Source: a virus (Duplodnaviria > Caudoviricetes). From it: 52,287 nt of DNA. Shown piece after piece: positions 20,342 through 28,311 of the stretch (position 1 is its first letter; each line of letters begins with the position of its first letter). Location of the stretch: positions 1 through 52,287 of IMG/VR virus record IMGVR_UViG_3300035156_000067; one strand, given 5' to 3'. A program made the translations under genes and the position numbers. Below the pieces are notes generated by a model, which worked only from the letters and a program-made list of their open reading frames with translations, was not told the origin of the DNA and did not search any database.

Positions 20342-20712
20342 TGCGTACCCTCACCCCCATCGGCTGGGCCATCGCAGGCGCCGGTCTCATCGCCCTCGCC
20401 GTCATCGTCTGGTTCGTCCTGACTGAACCGGGCCGTCAGAAGACCGTCGCCGCACAGGCCACGGGAACGGCAGTCGTAGCGTCCGCAGGCCAAGCCGCAG
20501 CTCACGACGCCATGAACGCCTCAGAAACAGCCGCTGAGGCCGCAAGCGCCTCTCAGGCCATCACGGAAGCCAACCATGCTGAAATCCTCTCTGCGCCCGG
20601 TGCTGATGTCCGCGTCGGCAATGTCTCTGACACTGGCCTGCGGAGCCTGTGCAAGCGGGCCGTCTATGCCGACCATCCTCGCTGCCGTGCAATGCGGTCC
20701 GCTGGTTCCTGA
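20341..20712 (+). CDS. Inner-membrane spanin (Rz-like)
   Basis: N-terminal TM and Ala-rich periplasmic helix with two Cys; follows the endolysin. Confidence 0.8.
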   Translation: MRTLTPIGWAIAGAGLIALAVIVWFVLTEPGRQKTVAAQATGTAVVASAGQAAAHDAMNASETAAEAASASQAITEANHAEILSAPGADVRVGNVSDTGLRSLCKRAVYADHPRCRAMRSAGS

Positions 20713-20923
20713 GAGCCTGCGCCGCGATGTTCCGGGCGCCGATCTCCCGGCAGACGATACGGCGGGCTCATGGGTGGCGTTCTCCGATGCCCAGACCGGG
20801 CGGCTCGACGTGGCCAACTCCAACAAGCGGGCCGTGGTCGAGATCGTGGACGCCTGCGATCGGCAACAGGCCGCGATACGTCAGGCACTGAAGCCGAAAC
20901 CGTGGTGGCGCTTCGGCCTCTGA
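20576..20923 (+). CDS. Outer-membrane lipoprotein spanin (Rz1-like), overlapping
   Basis: Signal peptide with LACGAC lipobox; Q.GRLD.AN motif; +1 frame overlap with the i-spanin. Confidence 0.8.
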   Translation: MLKSSLRPVLMSASAMSLTLACGACASGPSMPTILAAVQCGPLVPESLRRDVPGADLPADDTAGSWVAFSDAQTGRLDVANSNKRAVVEIVDACDRQQAAIRQALKPKPWWRFGL

Positions 20924-20992
20924 TTTCAGTTGTCCAAGAATCTAGGATAACTGAAATCGACCGATCATATTGGCGGCTCCATCCAAATGATC

Positions 20993-21030
20993 AGCCCGGG
21001 TCGGTCCTCACGGATCGGCTCGGGCTTTTT
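20993..21030 (+). terminator. Late-operon intrinsic terminator
   Basis: AGCCCGGGTCGGTCC-TCAC-GGATCGGCTCGGGCT followed by TTTT. Confidence 0.85.
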
Positions 21031-21083
21031 GCGTTTTGGGCCCGTGCCGTGCAACGGTGCGGTCAATCGTAGGGAGCGCGTAG

Positions 21084-21320
21084 ATGGTTGAGCGGATGGC
21101 GGGCCAAAGGGCCGGAGTGCAGCAGACGGTCGACGAGTACCGTGACGAGCTACGGCAGGTTCAAGAGAACCTTCGCCTGCTTCGGAGCGGCGAGCCATTG
21201 CTTTTCCCGCTGAGCGCGGAAGACGCCGGGATCGAAGCCTACGAGACACGTGAGCGCAACTTGCTCGAGGTCATTGCAGGTCACGAGGCTGACATCGCAG
21301 CGGGCCGTTTCGTGGACTGA
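21084..21320 (+). CDS. Hypothetical protein (moron)
   Basis: AGGGAG RBS; standalone gene after the terminator. Confidence 0.55.
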   Translation: MVERMAGQRAGVQQTVDEYRDELRQVQENLRLLRSGEPLLFPLSAEDAGIEAYETRERNLLEVIAGHEADIAAGRFVD

Positions 21321-21401
21321 GGAACCTGACACAACCGCGCCGGGTTGTGGAGTCGGTACCGGCCACGGGGAGGTGGCTCCGGCCTTGCGCGCCTCCCCAC
21401 T

Positions 21402-21689
21402 TCACGACCGCATTCTCTCCGACCTCGCCACGTCGTGCCTGTTGGTCGAGATCATGGGCCGCTTGGGTGTCGATGGTCTGCGGGTGAACAGCAGGATCAG
21501 CTCACGCCCACACCGGTCACACGGAAACCGCCTGTCCCATAGCCAGTAGTCGACACCGTAGTCGCGGGCGAGGTCGAGCAGGCTAGGCGGCGAACGGTGC
21601 TGACACACCTCGCAGTACGTCGTCACGCTGACGCCGTTTTCCAACGCATCCCCGACCGTTTCGCACCAGGTGGGGATCAGGCACCCCAT
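21402..21689 (-). CDS. Small Zn-ribbon protein (CEVC...CDRC)
   Basis: Two CxxC motifs; TGATG-coupled to the upstream ORF. Confidence 0.7.
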   Translation of the reverse strand: MGCLIPTWCETVGDALENGVSVTTYCEVCQHRSPPSLLDLARDYGVDYWLWDRRFPCDRCGRELILLFTRRPSTPKRPMISTNRHDVARSERMRS

Positions 21690-21835
21690 CAGCGCCGAGC
21701 AAACGCCGGAAGTCCCCGCGCTATAGCGGCGATCATAGCTTGGCTCTGGGCCTCAGAGCAGACGACGTTGGACTGGTCGGGCTGGCCGTTCGGCAGGAGT
21801 CGGGGCGGGGCGGATTTCGTGGGGCGCGGGGTCAT
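21689..21835 (-). CDS. 48-aa hypothetical protein (not in the ORF track)
   Basis: MTPRPTKSAPP...LPAFARR; its stop overlaps the next ATG. Confidence 0.5.
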   Translation of the reverse strand: MTPRPTKSAPPRLLPNGQPDQSNVVCSEAQSQAMIAAIARGLPAFARR

Positions 21836-21856
21836 GCCGAAGTGGTAGCGCGGCGT

Positions 21857-21871
21857 GAACGGAAAGGGTAC
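21857..21871. promoter_or_regulatory. Putative alphaproteobacterial LexA (SOS) box
   Basis: GAAC-GGAAAGG-GTAC (GAAC-N7-GWAC), about 20 bp upstream of the ATG at 21835. Confidence 0.6.
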
Positions 21872-21876
21872 AAACA

Positions 21877-22087
21877 GTTTGCAGCCGCGCTTCCGATCCA
21901 GTGCGCCCGTGGGGATAACCCGCGCCGGTTTGCAGCCGTATCATTGAAAACAGCCAACAAGTCACGGCCTGCAAATCCTTGCACCCCGGTTCGATTCCGG
22001 GTCAGGCCTCCATCGCGGATTCAAGGGGTTAGGTCGATTTCTGCCTAACCCCTTGGTCTCCGGTTTGCATAGGAGTTTGCAAACTCC
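21877..22087. repeat. Integrase arm-type repeats around attP
   Basis: GTTTGCAGCCG at 21877 and 21928; GTTTGCA at 22063 and 22075; palindrome GGAGTTTGCAAACTCC at 22072-22087; 12-bp inverted repeat at 22022-22055. Confidence 0.65.
21969..22012 (+). mobile_element. attP: attP core: 3' half of tRNA-Cys(GCA)
   Basis: CTGCAAA anticodon loop, CCCGG-TTCGATT-CCGGG T-arm and GGCC-TCCA end; no 5' half; abuts the integrase 3' end. Confidence 0.88.
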
Positions 22088-23129
22088 GTTCCCGCTTTGG
22101 CCTGTAGAACCGCGCCCAGAGGCGAGTCGCGTTCTTGATCGCAACAGCTAGGCGATCGACATAGACGCCTTGCGCCCCCCTCTCGTCGGCTATTGGGTGA
22201 CCGCTGCAATAAGCCGTTTCCTCAGCCGTCCAGCCCATCCCCCGGCGGCTGGTGATGAAGGTTCCGCGTAGGTCGTTGAAGGTCCGGTCCTCAACCCCGG
22301 CCTTGGCCGTCATAAGCTGGAAGTCGGAGCGGAGCCCGTTGCCGTTCGGGTTGAAGGGCCGCTCGCGGGGCGTCGAGAGTATGGTCGTGCATACCCGAGG
22401 CGCATCAGCCAACATCGCAGCGAGGGTCGGAGAGATTGGGATCGCGACCGGGACGCCGGTTTTCAGGCGCTTGGACACGATGACGTTGGACTGGATGGCG
22501 GACCACGGCAGGACGAGAAGGTCTTCCTGCGAAAGGCCAGTCTCGAGCGCGAGGATGACGGCCCGCTGGATCGCCGGCGATGACGCGGCGAGGATGGCCT
22601 TCACCATTTCAGGCGTCCACACCTTCTCAGTCCGATCAGCCTTGTAAACATCCTCGATGCCGCTGGCCCGGTTGTGCGTCACCAGCCCGCGCTTGCCGCA
22701 CCACGTCAGCATGGCGCCCAGAACCGAGATTGCGTAGTCCGCCTGCCGGGGCGAGGTCTCGGCCATCTTGTCCCGCCACTCGTAAAGGACGCCCGCGATC
22801 TTCGGCGACTGGATGGCGGCGATGGAGAGCTTGGCGAACCGGGCATGGATCTTGTCGAGTTGCCGGTGATAGTCGCGCTGGGTCAGGGGGCGCAGCTTTT
22901 TGAACTCGGGCGAGGACTTGTAGCGCCAGATCAGGTGCGAGACCTTCCCCTCCTCCGGGGCCCGCCTCAGGACCTCGGCAAGGTTGAAGTGGAAGTCGGG
23001 ACCGCCTTCGCGGCCAAGCGCCTCCATGCCCTCCCCACGGCCATAGTAGCCGTATCGAATGACCTCCCCGCTCGCGAGGGTCTTCTTCTGAAACCAGACG
23101 CCTTTAGGCAGCGTCGTTCTGGATTTCAC
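22029..23129 (-). CDS. int: Tyrosine integrase
   Basis: KTG, FNDLRGT and SGH motifs with a downstream Tyr; adjacent to attP. GTG at 23129 is the likely start. Confidence 0.88.
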   Translation of the reverse strand: MKSRTTLPKGVWFQKKTLASGEVIRYGYYGRGEGMEALGREGGPDFHFNLAEVLRRAPEEGKVSHLIWRYKSSPEFKKLRPLTQRDYHRQLDKIHARFAKLSIAAIQSPKIAGVLYEWRDKMAETSPRQADYAISVLGAMLTWCGKRGLVTHNRASGIEDVYKADRTEKVWTPEMVKAILAASSPAIQRAVILALETGLSQEDLLVLPWSAIQSNVIVSKRLKTGVPVAIPISPTLAAMLADAPRVCTTILSTPRERPFNPNGNGLRSDFQLMTAKAGVEDRTFNDLRGTFITSRRGMGWTAEETAYCSGHPIADERGAQGVYVDRLAVAIKNATRLWARFYRPKRERSLQTPMQTGDQGVRQKST

Positions 23130-23310
23130 AGCGTAGTGCCTCGATCTCAGCATCAATGCTGTCTGGCGTATCATTGGCGGCGGTCGGGCGCACGGTGACG
23201 ATGGGCTTGCCTTCGCCGTCGAACCTAATGTCGTAGCTCTCTACGCCAGCCAGTCGCATGGCGGATGCAACGCGGGCGAGCTCTACCTTGCGAAACCGGG
23301 CCGCGCTCAT
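23104..23310 (-). CDS. Putative excisionase/recombination directionality factor
   Basis: Small gene overlapping the integrase start; ARF...EL.R...A pattern. Confidence 0.55.
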   Translation of the reverse strand: MSAARFRKVELARVASAMRLAGVESYDIRFDGEGKPIVTVRPTAANDTPDSIDAEIEALRCEIQNDAA

Positions 23311-23513
23311 CTCGTGTCCTTGGTGGCGAGATTTGGTTTCACTCCGCCTGACGGTTTATCCGGTTCTTCGTACCAGCCCGCCCTTACGGCCTGCTTTGAC
23401 AGGTTTCCGCTCGCATCGAATACGTCCACGCCATTGATGTGAAACGACCCATTTCGCATTCCCATGCAATCGGACAGGCGCTGAGATCCGTCCTTACTTA
23501 CGAAGGTCGTCAT
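23307..23513 (-). CDS. Hypothetical protein
   Basis: GAAGGAG RBS; ATGA overlap with the next gene. Confidence 0.6.
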   Translation of the reverse strand: MTTFVSKDGSQRLSDCMGMRNGSFHINGVDVFDASGNLSKQAVRAGWYEEPDKPSGGVKPNLATKDTR

Positions 23514-23592
23514 GACGACGCTCCTTCATCGGAATTGTTAGCTCCGCCTGACGGCTGCGTACCTAGCGGGTCTGGTGAGGGGGTCCGGGTCA

Positions 23593-23847
23593 TCACTCGC
23601 CCTCGTGTTCGATGCGGCGCATGGCCAGCGGTTCGTCGGCGTCGAGCGTGAACATCCAATAGTGGAACTCAACGGCATCAGCGATTTGTTGGACCGGGAC
23701 GCGCAGGGCCGAAGCGGCGTCACCGAACGTGGGCGCGGTCCATTTGCCGGTGTCGGCATAGCGCTTCTCACCGGCATTGATGGCCCATTTCTGAACCTTG
23801 TTGGCGAAGTCGGCCATTGCGTAATCAAAGTCGGAAGCGGCGGTCAT
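23593..23847 (-). CDS. Hypothetical protein
   Basis: ATGA-coupled chain of small genes. Confidence 0.6.
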   Translation of the reverse strand: MTAASDFDYAMADFANKVQKWAINAGEKRYADTGKWTAPTFGDAASALRVPVQQIADAVEFHYWMFTLDADEPLAMRRIEHEGE

Positions 23848-24176
23848 TCGCCCGCTCCTTCAGACAGGATGGCGTCGATGATGGCGGTGAAGGATGAGCG
23901 AACATGGTCGGGTGTCGTCTGCATGTACGGGAGCTCGTCACGCCCCGCGCAGACCATCTCGACGTCAGGCTCTCGGATTGCCAGTAGGCCGGCGCGGGCG
24001 AGGTCGAGATAGAGATCGGGATTATTGTCGTAGAGCGTCGCGCCCTTGAAACGATCGCCATCACGTTGAGCAATGGCCCGGCCCATTCTCTCGAGCATGG
24101 TGGCGGGCGTGTCCGATTGCTCGGTAGGTATGAGCCCGTCGGGCGAATGAAACCCTGACCCTGATCCGCTAGTCAT
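23844..24176 (-). CDS. Hypothetical phage protein
   Basis: M.ERM.RAI...AR....AIREP...M pattern; ATGA overlaps at both ends. Confidence 0.65.
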   Translation of the reverse strand: MTSGSGSGFHSPDGLIPTEQSDTPATMLERMGRAIAQRDGDRFKGATLYDNNPDLYLDLARAGLLAIREPDVEMVCAGRDELPYMQTTPDHVRSSFTAIIDAILSEGAGE

Positions 24177-24472
24177 GATGCAACTCCGAGGGCTTGGTCT
24201 CGGGCTTGGTCGAACGAAACGTCGAACAGCGTTTCCATGTCGTCCACCAGCGTGAAAGCCGCGCTGTTTCCGTTCTGACGATTGATCAGGGCCGTGTGGT
24301 ACTTGGTCAGCGCCGCTCTACAATCTGCTAGAGCTTCGAGAAGGGCGGTGGCGTCGGCGGTGCTGACCAGCGTCAGGGAGCCTTCAGGGTCGCCCGCGTA
24401 GTGTCCGAACGGGCTAGACAGGCTTTCCTTCAGCCTCTCAATCAGCTCTGCGGTGTTGGCGGGGACGGTCAT
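24173..24472 (-). CDS. Hypothetical protein
   Basis: ATGA overlaps. Confidence 0.6.
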   Translation of the reverse strand: MTVPANTAELIERLKESLSSPFGHYAGDPEGSLTLVSTADATALLEALADCRAALTKYHTALINRQNGNSAAFTLVDDMETLFDVSFDQARDQALGVAS

Positions 24473-24639
24473 GCCTTACCACCGGATTGCTGAACACGAT
24501 CGAACGCCTCTTGTAGCTCTGCGAGGACGCTGGGGCTGATGACGTAATCTTCGTTGTCAGGCGTCACCGCGCCGACCGGCTCAGCGTTCTCCAGAACTGC
24601 AAAAACCGCAGCTTGCAGATCGTTCATTGCATCACCCAT
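24469..24639 (-). CDS. 56-aa hypothetical protein (not in the ORF track)
   Basis: MGDAMNDLQAAVFAVLENAEP...SGGKA; completes the coupled chain. Confidence 0.55.
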   Translation of the reverse strand: MGDAMNDLQAAVFAVLENAEPVGAVTPDNEDYVISPSVLAELQEAFDRVQQSGGKA

Positions 24640-25081
24640 TGGTCTTGCCTTCTTTGTTGGAGGTTATGGTTTCATTTGCTTCGCAAATACCGCAGGTGCT
24701 GGAGGAAACGCTCTGATTTACCTTTGGTTTGGCCACCTTGATCTTTGCCGATCCAAGCTTAGTCAGTTTTGCCCTGCTCGCGCTGTCTGGATGAATGCCG
24801 AGAAGGCCCAGACCGCATAGGTGCGCCACCGTTTCCACTGGCCACGGCCCACCTTTTTCGGAATCTGCCTGAAACTCCGACCAGTTCGCCCGCGCCCACC
24901 ATCCTAGATCGGTCTCCCGGCTAAGGGGGCAAACCTTGCTGGCCTGCTTTCGGATCAGACCATAGCCCTTCGCTGCACTTAGGCAGGCCATCAGCACAGG
25001 TGGCAGTTGACTGGAAACTCCCGCCTCCCGCTCGGTGGGCATGGAGCCGCTTGGCGGAATAATCCCAGAATACTCGGTCAT
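24632..25081 (-). CDS. Hypothetical protein bracketed by inverted hairpin repeats
   Basis: Coupled overlaps; repeat copies lie in both termini. Confidence 0.6.
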   Translation of the reverse strand: MTEYSGIIPPSGSMPTEREAGVSSQLPPVLMACLSAAKGYGLIRKQASKVCPLSRETDLGWWARANWSEFQADSEKGGPWPVETVAHLCGLGLLGIHPDSASRAKLTKLGSAKIKVAKPKVNQSVSSSTCGICEANETITSNKEGKTNG

Positions 25082-25266
25082 GCAGGGGTCTCTGGGTTGG
25101 TGCGGAGAGACGCGAAGTAGGCGTATTCGTCACGGACACAGCGCGCCACAGATCGAGAGTTCCAGTACCAGCCTTCGCCGTATACGTTCCGGTTCAGAGC
25201 GTCTTTGACTTGCCAGCCGCCGTCATCCACGACGCGAAAAGGCGCCACGAAAACTATCTCGTTCAC
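25078..25266 (-). CDS. Hypothetical protein
   Basis: GTGA/ATGA overlaps; GAGG RBS. Confidence 0.6.
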   Translation of the reverse strand: MNEIVFVAPFRVVDDGGWQVKDALNRNVYGEGWYWNSRSVARCVRDEYAYFASLRTNPETPA

Positions 25267-25703
25267 TTCGTCACCTCTTCATTCGGGAGAGGGGGAAGGG
25301 CTGCGAACTTGAGCGGGCGAACAAGGCGGATGCGGGGGCCGCCATCAGGGCGCTCGTGCGTCAGGCGATTATGCCAGATGCCCATGAACTGTTGTTCGAA
25401 AGCCCAAGCGTCAGCGTCTCCGGAAGAGGTGGCTAGGGCGGCTACGACCACCTTGTGGATGTCCGTCTTCTTGGCTGCCGAGAGAGACAGGAAGCCCTCG
25501 ATGCCCGCGACGCAGCGATCGTATGCGTCCTTTTTGACAGCCTCCCCGCCCCCTTCCGGTGCGGATTGAACGGGGGATGCTGCGTAAAGGGGTGTTCCGA
25601 TTGGCACGTCAGCGGACCTGAAAGCCGCCATCGTGAAGCCGTCCGTTCCGGGCATTGAGCCCGCGACGCCGACCGGCACGACTTTATAGGGGTGGGCGGT
25701 CAT
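25263..25703 (-). CDS. Hypothetical protein
   Basis: ATG at 25703 overlaps the upstream stop. Confidence 0.6.
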   Translation of the reverse strand: MTAHPYKVVPVGVAGSMPGTDGFTMAAFRSADVPIGTPLYAASPVQSAPEGGGEAVKKDAYDRCVAGIEGFLSLSAAKKTDIHKVVVAALATSSGDADAWAFEQQFMGIWHNRLTHERPDGGPRIRLVRPLKFAALPPLPNEEVTK

Positions 25704-25936
25704 TTCGAATATCCGAGTGCTGGAGTGATTGAGACGCGGGCCAGTCGCCAGCCCTTGCGGTAGGCGCGCTGCCACACCTTTGAGGTCGTGAGGCCGTCGT
25801 GTCCGCCATGCCGCCAGTCAGCCACAAATCTGGCCATAGACCCGGCGCGGGTTCCTGAGACGGAGTAGATGTCCACCTCGACAAAGCCCCATTCTGGCGG
25901 CGTCAGAACCGCCCATGCGAAGGTCACGGCCCTCAC
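25700..25936 (-). CDS. Hypothetical protein
   Basis: Coupled overlaps. Confidence 0.6.
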   Translation of the reverse strand: MRAVTFAWAVLTPPEWGFVEVDIYSVSGTRAGSMARFVADWRHGGHDGLTTSKVWQRAYRKGWRLARVSITPALGYSK

Positions 25937-26592
25937 GCCCCCTCTCCGCGCTTCGTATCGAGGAGGGCTCGCCGGGCGTTAATCTGCTCGACGGTCGCCC
26001 ATTCGTCAGGGGCCTTGGCGTTATCCCATCCGCCGTGTTCGTTCATGGCCTGCCAGCGACCCTTGATGCCGCGTCGGAACTGCTCGCTGGAGGGCTTGTA
26101 TGCCTGCCAGCGATACGGCGACCACGTATGCCCGTAGATCGGTTCGGCGGACCTCGGAGGTGCATCGGACCGCCATTCGATTTGAGCCTCCAGCTCCTTC
26201 ACCCGCTGGTCGTCAGGCGCGGCTAGCGTGGCTTTACGGTACGCGGCCCACGGCGTGTCAGGCGCACGCTCCCCCCGTTCGTCATCAGCTATTGATGGGG
26301 TGAGGGCGCCGCTCAGGGCGAGGATGGCGCGGAGGTCCAGAGCATTGACAACGACCGTGTCGCCCTCACGCCAATCGAACTCGTTGGCGGCGGAAGTCAG
26401 CCGCTCGACAGCCTCCCGCATCCCTCCGACATCACCCGCCTGCAAGGGAGGGGGTGGATAGACGGAGTTCATGCTGTTGGCGAAAGAGGTCGCGTCTCTC
26501 TTTTTGGAGAACCGCGCTATCGTCTGTCCGTCGCTCTCGATGGCCCATCCATCAGGATCGCCTTGAACGACTACGACACCCACGCCGCTCAC
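25933..26592 (-). CDS. Hypothetical mosaic protein
   Basis: Coupled overlaps; Trp-rich C-terminal module. Confidence 0.6.
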   Translation of the reverse strand: MSGVGVVVVQGDPDGWAIESDGQTIARFSKKRDATSFANSMNSVYPPPPLQAGDVGGMREAVERLTSAANEFDWREGDTVVVNALDLRAILALSGALTPSIADDERGERAPDTPWAAYRKATLAAPDDQRVKELEAQIEWRSDAPPRSAEPIYGHTWSPYRWQAYKPSSEQFRRGIKGRWQAMNEHGGWDNAKAPDEWATVEQINARRALLDTKRGEGA

Positions 26593-26870
26593 GCCTTCAC
26601 CTGTTGAGCTTGGTTTACTTCGCCAAGAGGCTCCGTACCGCAGGTGCTTGGGGATGCGGCGGGACCAATGATCTTGATCGTGCAGATGGTCTCGCCCTCA
26701 GATACGATGTCGGCCTGCATGCCGATGCCGATGTGATCCATGACGGCCTTGAGAGCGTCGCTCGTTAAGTCGTAGCGAGGTTCCTTGAACCCCATCCCAT
26801 CCTTGGTTGGTCGTCCGGCGAAGATGCGACCCGAAAGCGCGGCGGTCGCGAGGCGGATGGGATTGCTCAT
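26589..26870 (-). CDS. Hypothetical phage protein
   Basis: LSGRIFAG...DLTSDAL.AV motif; coupled overlaps. Confidence 0.65.
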   Translation of the reverse strand: MSNPIRLATAALSGRIFAGRPTKDGMGFKEPRYDLTSDALKAVMDHIGIGMQADIVSEGETICTIKIIGPAASPSTCGTEPLGEVNQAQQVKA

Positions 26871-27778
26871 TTTGAGACCTCTTCATTCGGGAGTTCCCAC
26901 CCGGCAGTCGCCGCAGCGAGGTTTTCTACGTGGCTCTCCCGCGTCCCGGTCCAGAGCGCTGGAACAGCCTTGACCTCAGGACCAATAGCGTTTGCTCGAT
27001 CCGACCATTCGACGGCAGTTTCGTAGTTCGGAGCCGGATAGATGTCGTCCGGGCCGCGAGCATGCATCATCCAGAGCAGGTAACGAGCGGTATCCCATTG
27101 ACCGGCGGTCTCGTCCGCCTGCTCGGTGGGTACGAAGCCCGTCTCGGGCGTAGTGAAACCCTTATCCTTCTCAGTAGGGAGTGAAGAGCTTGGCTTACTC
27201 GCCGAAGACGGCTCCGTACCCGCCGTCGATGGGGATGCAGCGCCACTCAGACGGAAGGCGATGATGCAGCAAGGGCCGCTCGGCACGTTCCACGATGCGG
27301 CGTCGGACGGCCTGTTCATCCACGACCGCTTCCAATCATCGACATAGTCCACCATCAGCCCCGGAACCGGGTTCTCCCCTCCGCTCCACGGGATCCAGCC
27401 TTCTGCGTCAGGACGACCGATGAAGGCGAATGACTTCGGCGATGAGTTTCCGAACGACGTGCCGTTCAGGTAATCGCCCGACCAGCCGTCGCCGTGGATG
27501 AAACGAAGCCATGCGACCCGCCCGTCTCGATGGCGGATAAGGTCACCCGCCTCGCCAACCGGCGGCATGGCCTGACCGGAAGCATCAGCCACAGTCTCGG
27601 TGGGGATTTCCAAGTCGCTCAGCGTCGGTCCGGGGTCCTGACCCATCGCTATCAGCTTGGCGGCATCATCTTGCAGGGCCGCGTCCATGACGGGATCGGT
27701 GCTGTAGATGCCGGTCCCGGTGGGGATTTCCTGCAAGGAAATAGAACCAAAATCTTCCATGGGGTGGTCGGTGTTCAT
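26867..27778 (-). CDS. Mosaic protein reading through a back-to-back repeat junction
   Basis: ATG at 27778 overlaps the upstream stop; GWIPWSGGENPV...IIAFR module fused to a GPDD...AP module. Confidence 0.65.
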   Translation of the reverse strand: MNTDHPMEDFGSISLQEIPTGTGIYSTDPVMDAALQDDAAKLIAMGQDPGPTLSDLEIPTETVADASGQAMPPVGEAGDLIRHRDGRVAWLRFIHGDGWSGDYLNGTSFGNSSPKSFAFIGRPDAEGWIPWSGGENPVPGLMVDYVDDWKRSWMNRPSDAASWNVPSGPCCIIAFRLSGAASPSTAGTEPSSASKPSSSLPTEKDKGFTTPETGFVPTEQADETAGQWDTARYLLWMMHARGPDDIYPAPNYETAVEWSDRANAIGPEVKAVPALWTGTRESHVENLAAATAGWELPNEEVSK

Positions 27779-28140
27779 GCTTGCACCTGAGCTTTGCGTT
27801 CGCGACGTTCGCGGTTGCGACGTTGTTCGCGAGATTCCGGCCGAATGTTCTGGACCTTCATGCGAAGGGTGCGCGGCATCCACGTCACGTCAGAGGACAG
27901 AAGCCCTCTGCCCATGATTTGACACTGGCCAGCCGCAGCGCCGATCCGCATCCCCTCCGAGCGCGAGACAAAGCGGCCTTCCGACGTCCAAAACCCGTAA
28001 GTGTCGCTCATGTCCTTCTGATAAGGATCGGGGCGACCAAGGCTCGCGCGTAGCTCCCAATGCTCTCGAAAGCCGTGATGCGTGACGCCATCGCCATCGA
28101 TCAATGCAACCTCGACAAGTCGTTCTGTTGGTTTCGTCAT
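27775..28140 (-). CDS. Hypothetical phage protein
   Basis: GF.TS.GRFVSR.E...I...AGQ...L.S.D.W motif. Confidence 0.7.
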   Translation of the reverse strand: MTKPTERLVEVALIDGDGVTHHGFREHWELRASLGRPDPYQKDMSDTYGFWTSEGRFVSRSEGMRIGAAAGQCQIMGRGLLSSDVTWMPRTLRMKVQNIRPESREQRRNRERRERKAQVQA

Positions 28141-28311
28141 TCAGAAAAGCTCCATCTGTTGAGAGTTGGCGCGATCAGCCTCAAGGGCTCGGCGCTCTGC
28201 GTTGGCGGCCCAGGTATCGAGGACCGAGGCGAAGGCACGATCGCAGCGCATGTCCGACTGCCGGCGCACATCGGCCTCAGTGCGGAGAACAGCGGCGGTG
28301 TGGCGGCTCAT
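28141..28311 (-). CDS. 56-aa protein ending QMELF (not in the ORF track)
   Basis: ATGA-coupled to the MTase; resembles 43283-43465. Confidence 0.65.
   Translation of the reverse strand: MSRHTAAVLRTEADVRRQSDMRCDRAFASVLDTWAANAERRALEADRANSQQMELF

Noticed and set aside
21940-22012. Intact phage tRNA-Cys gene
   Set aside because: There is no 5' acceptor strand or D-arm; only the 3' half is present, which fits attP.
27788-27822. Further degenerate copies of the hairpin repeat (also near 25540-25585 and 26260-26315)
   Set aside because: Only partial similarity (GAGCTT lead-in, AASP-like peptides); not counted without a covariance-model search.
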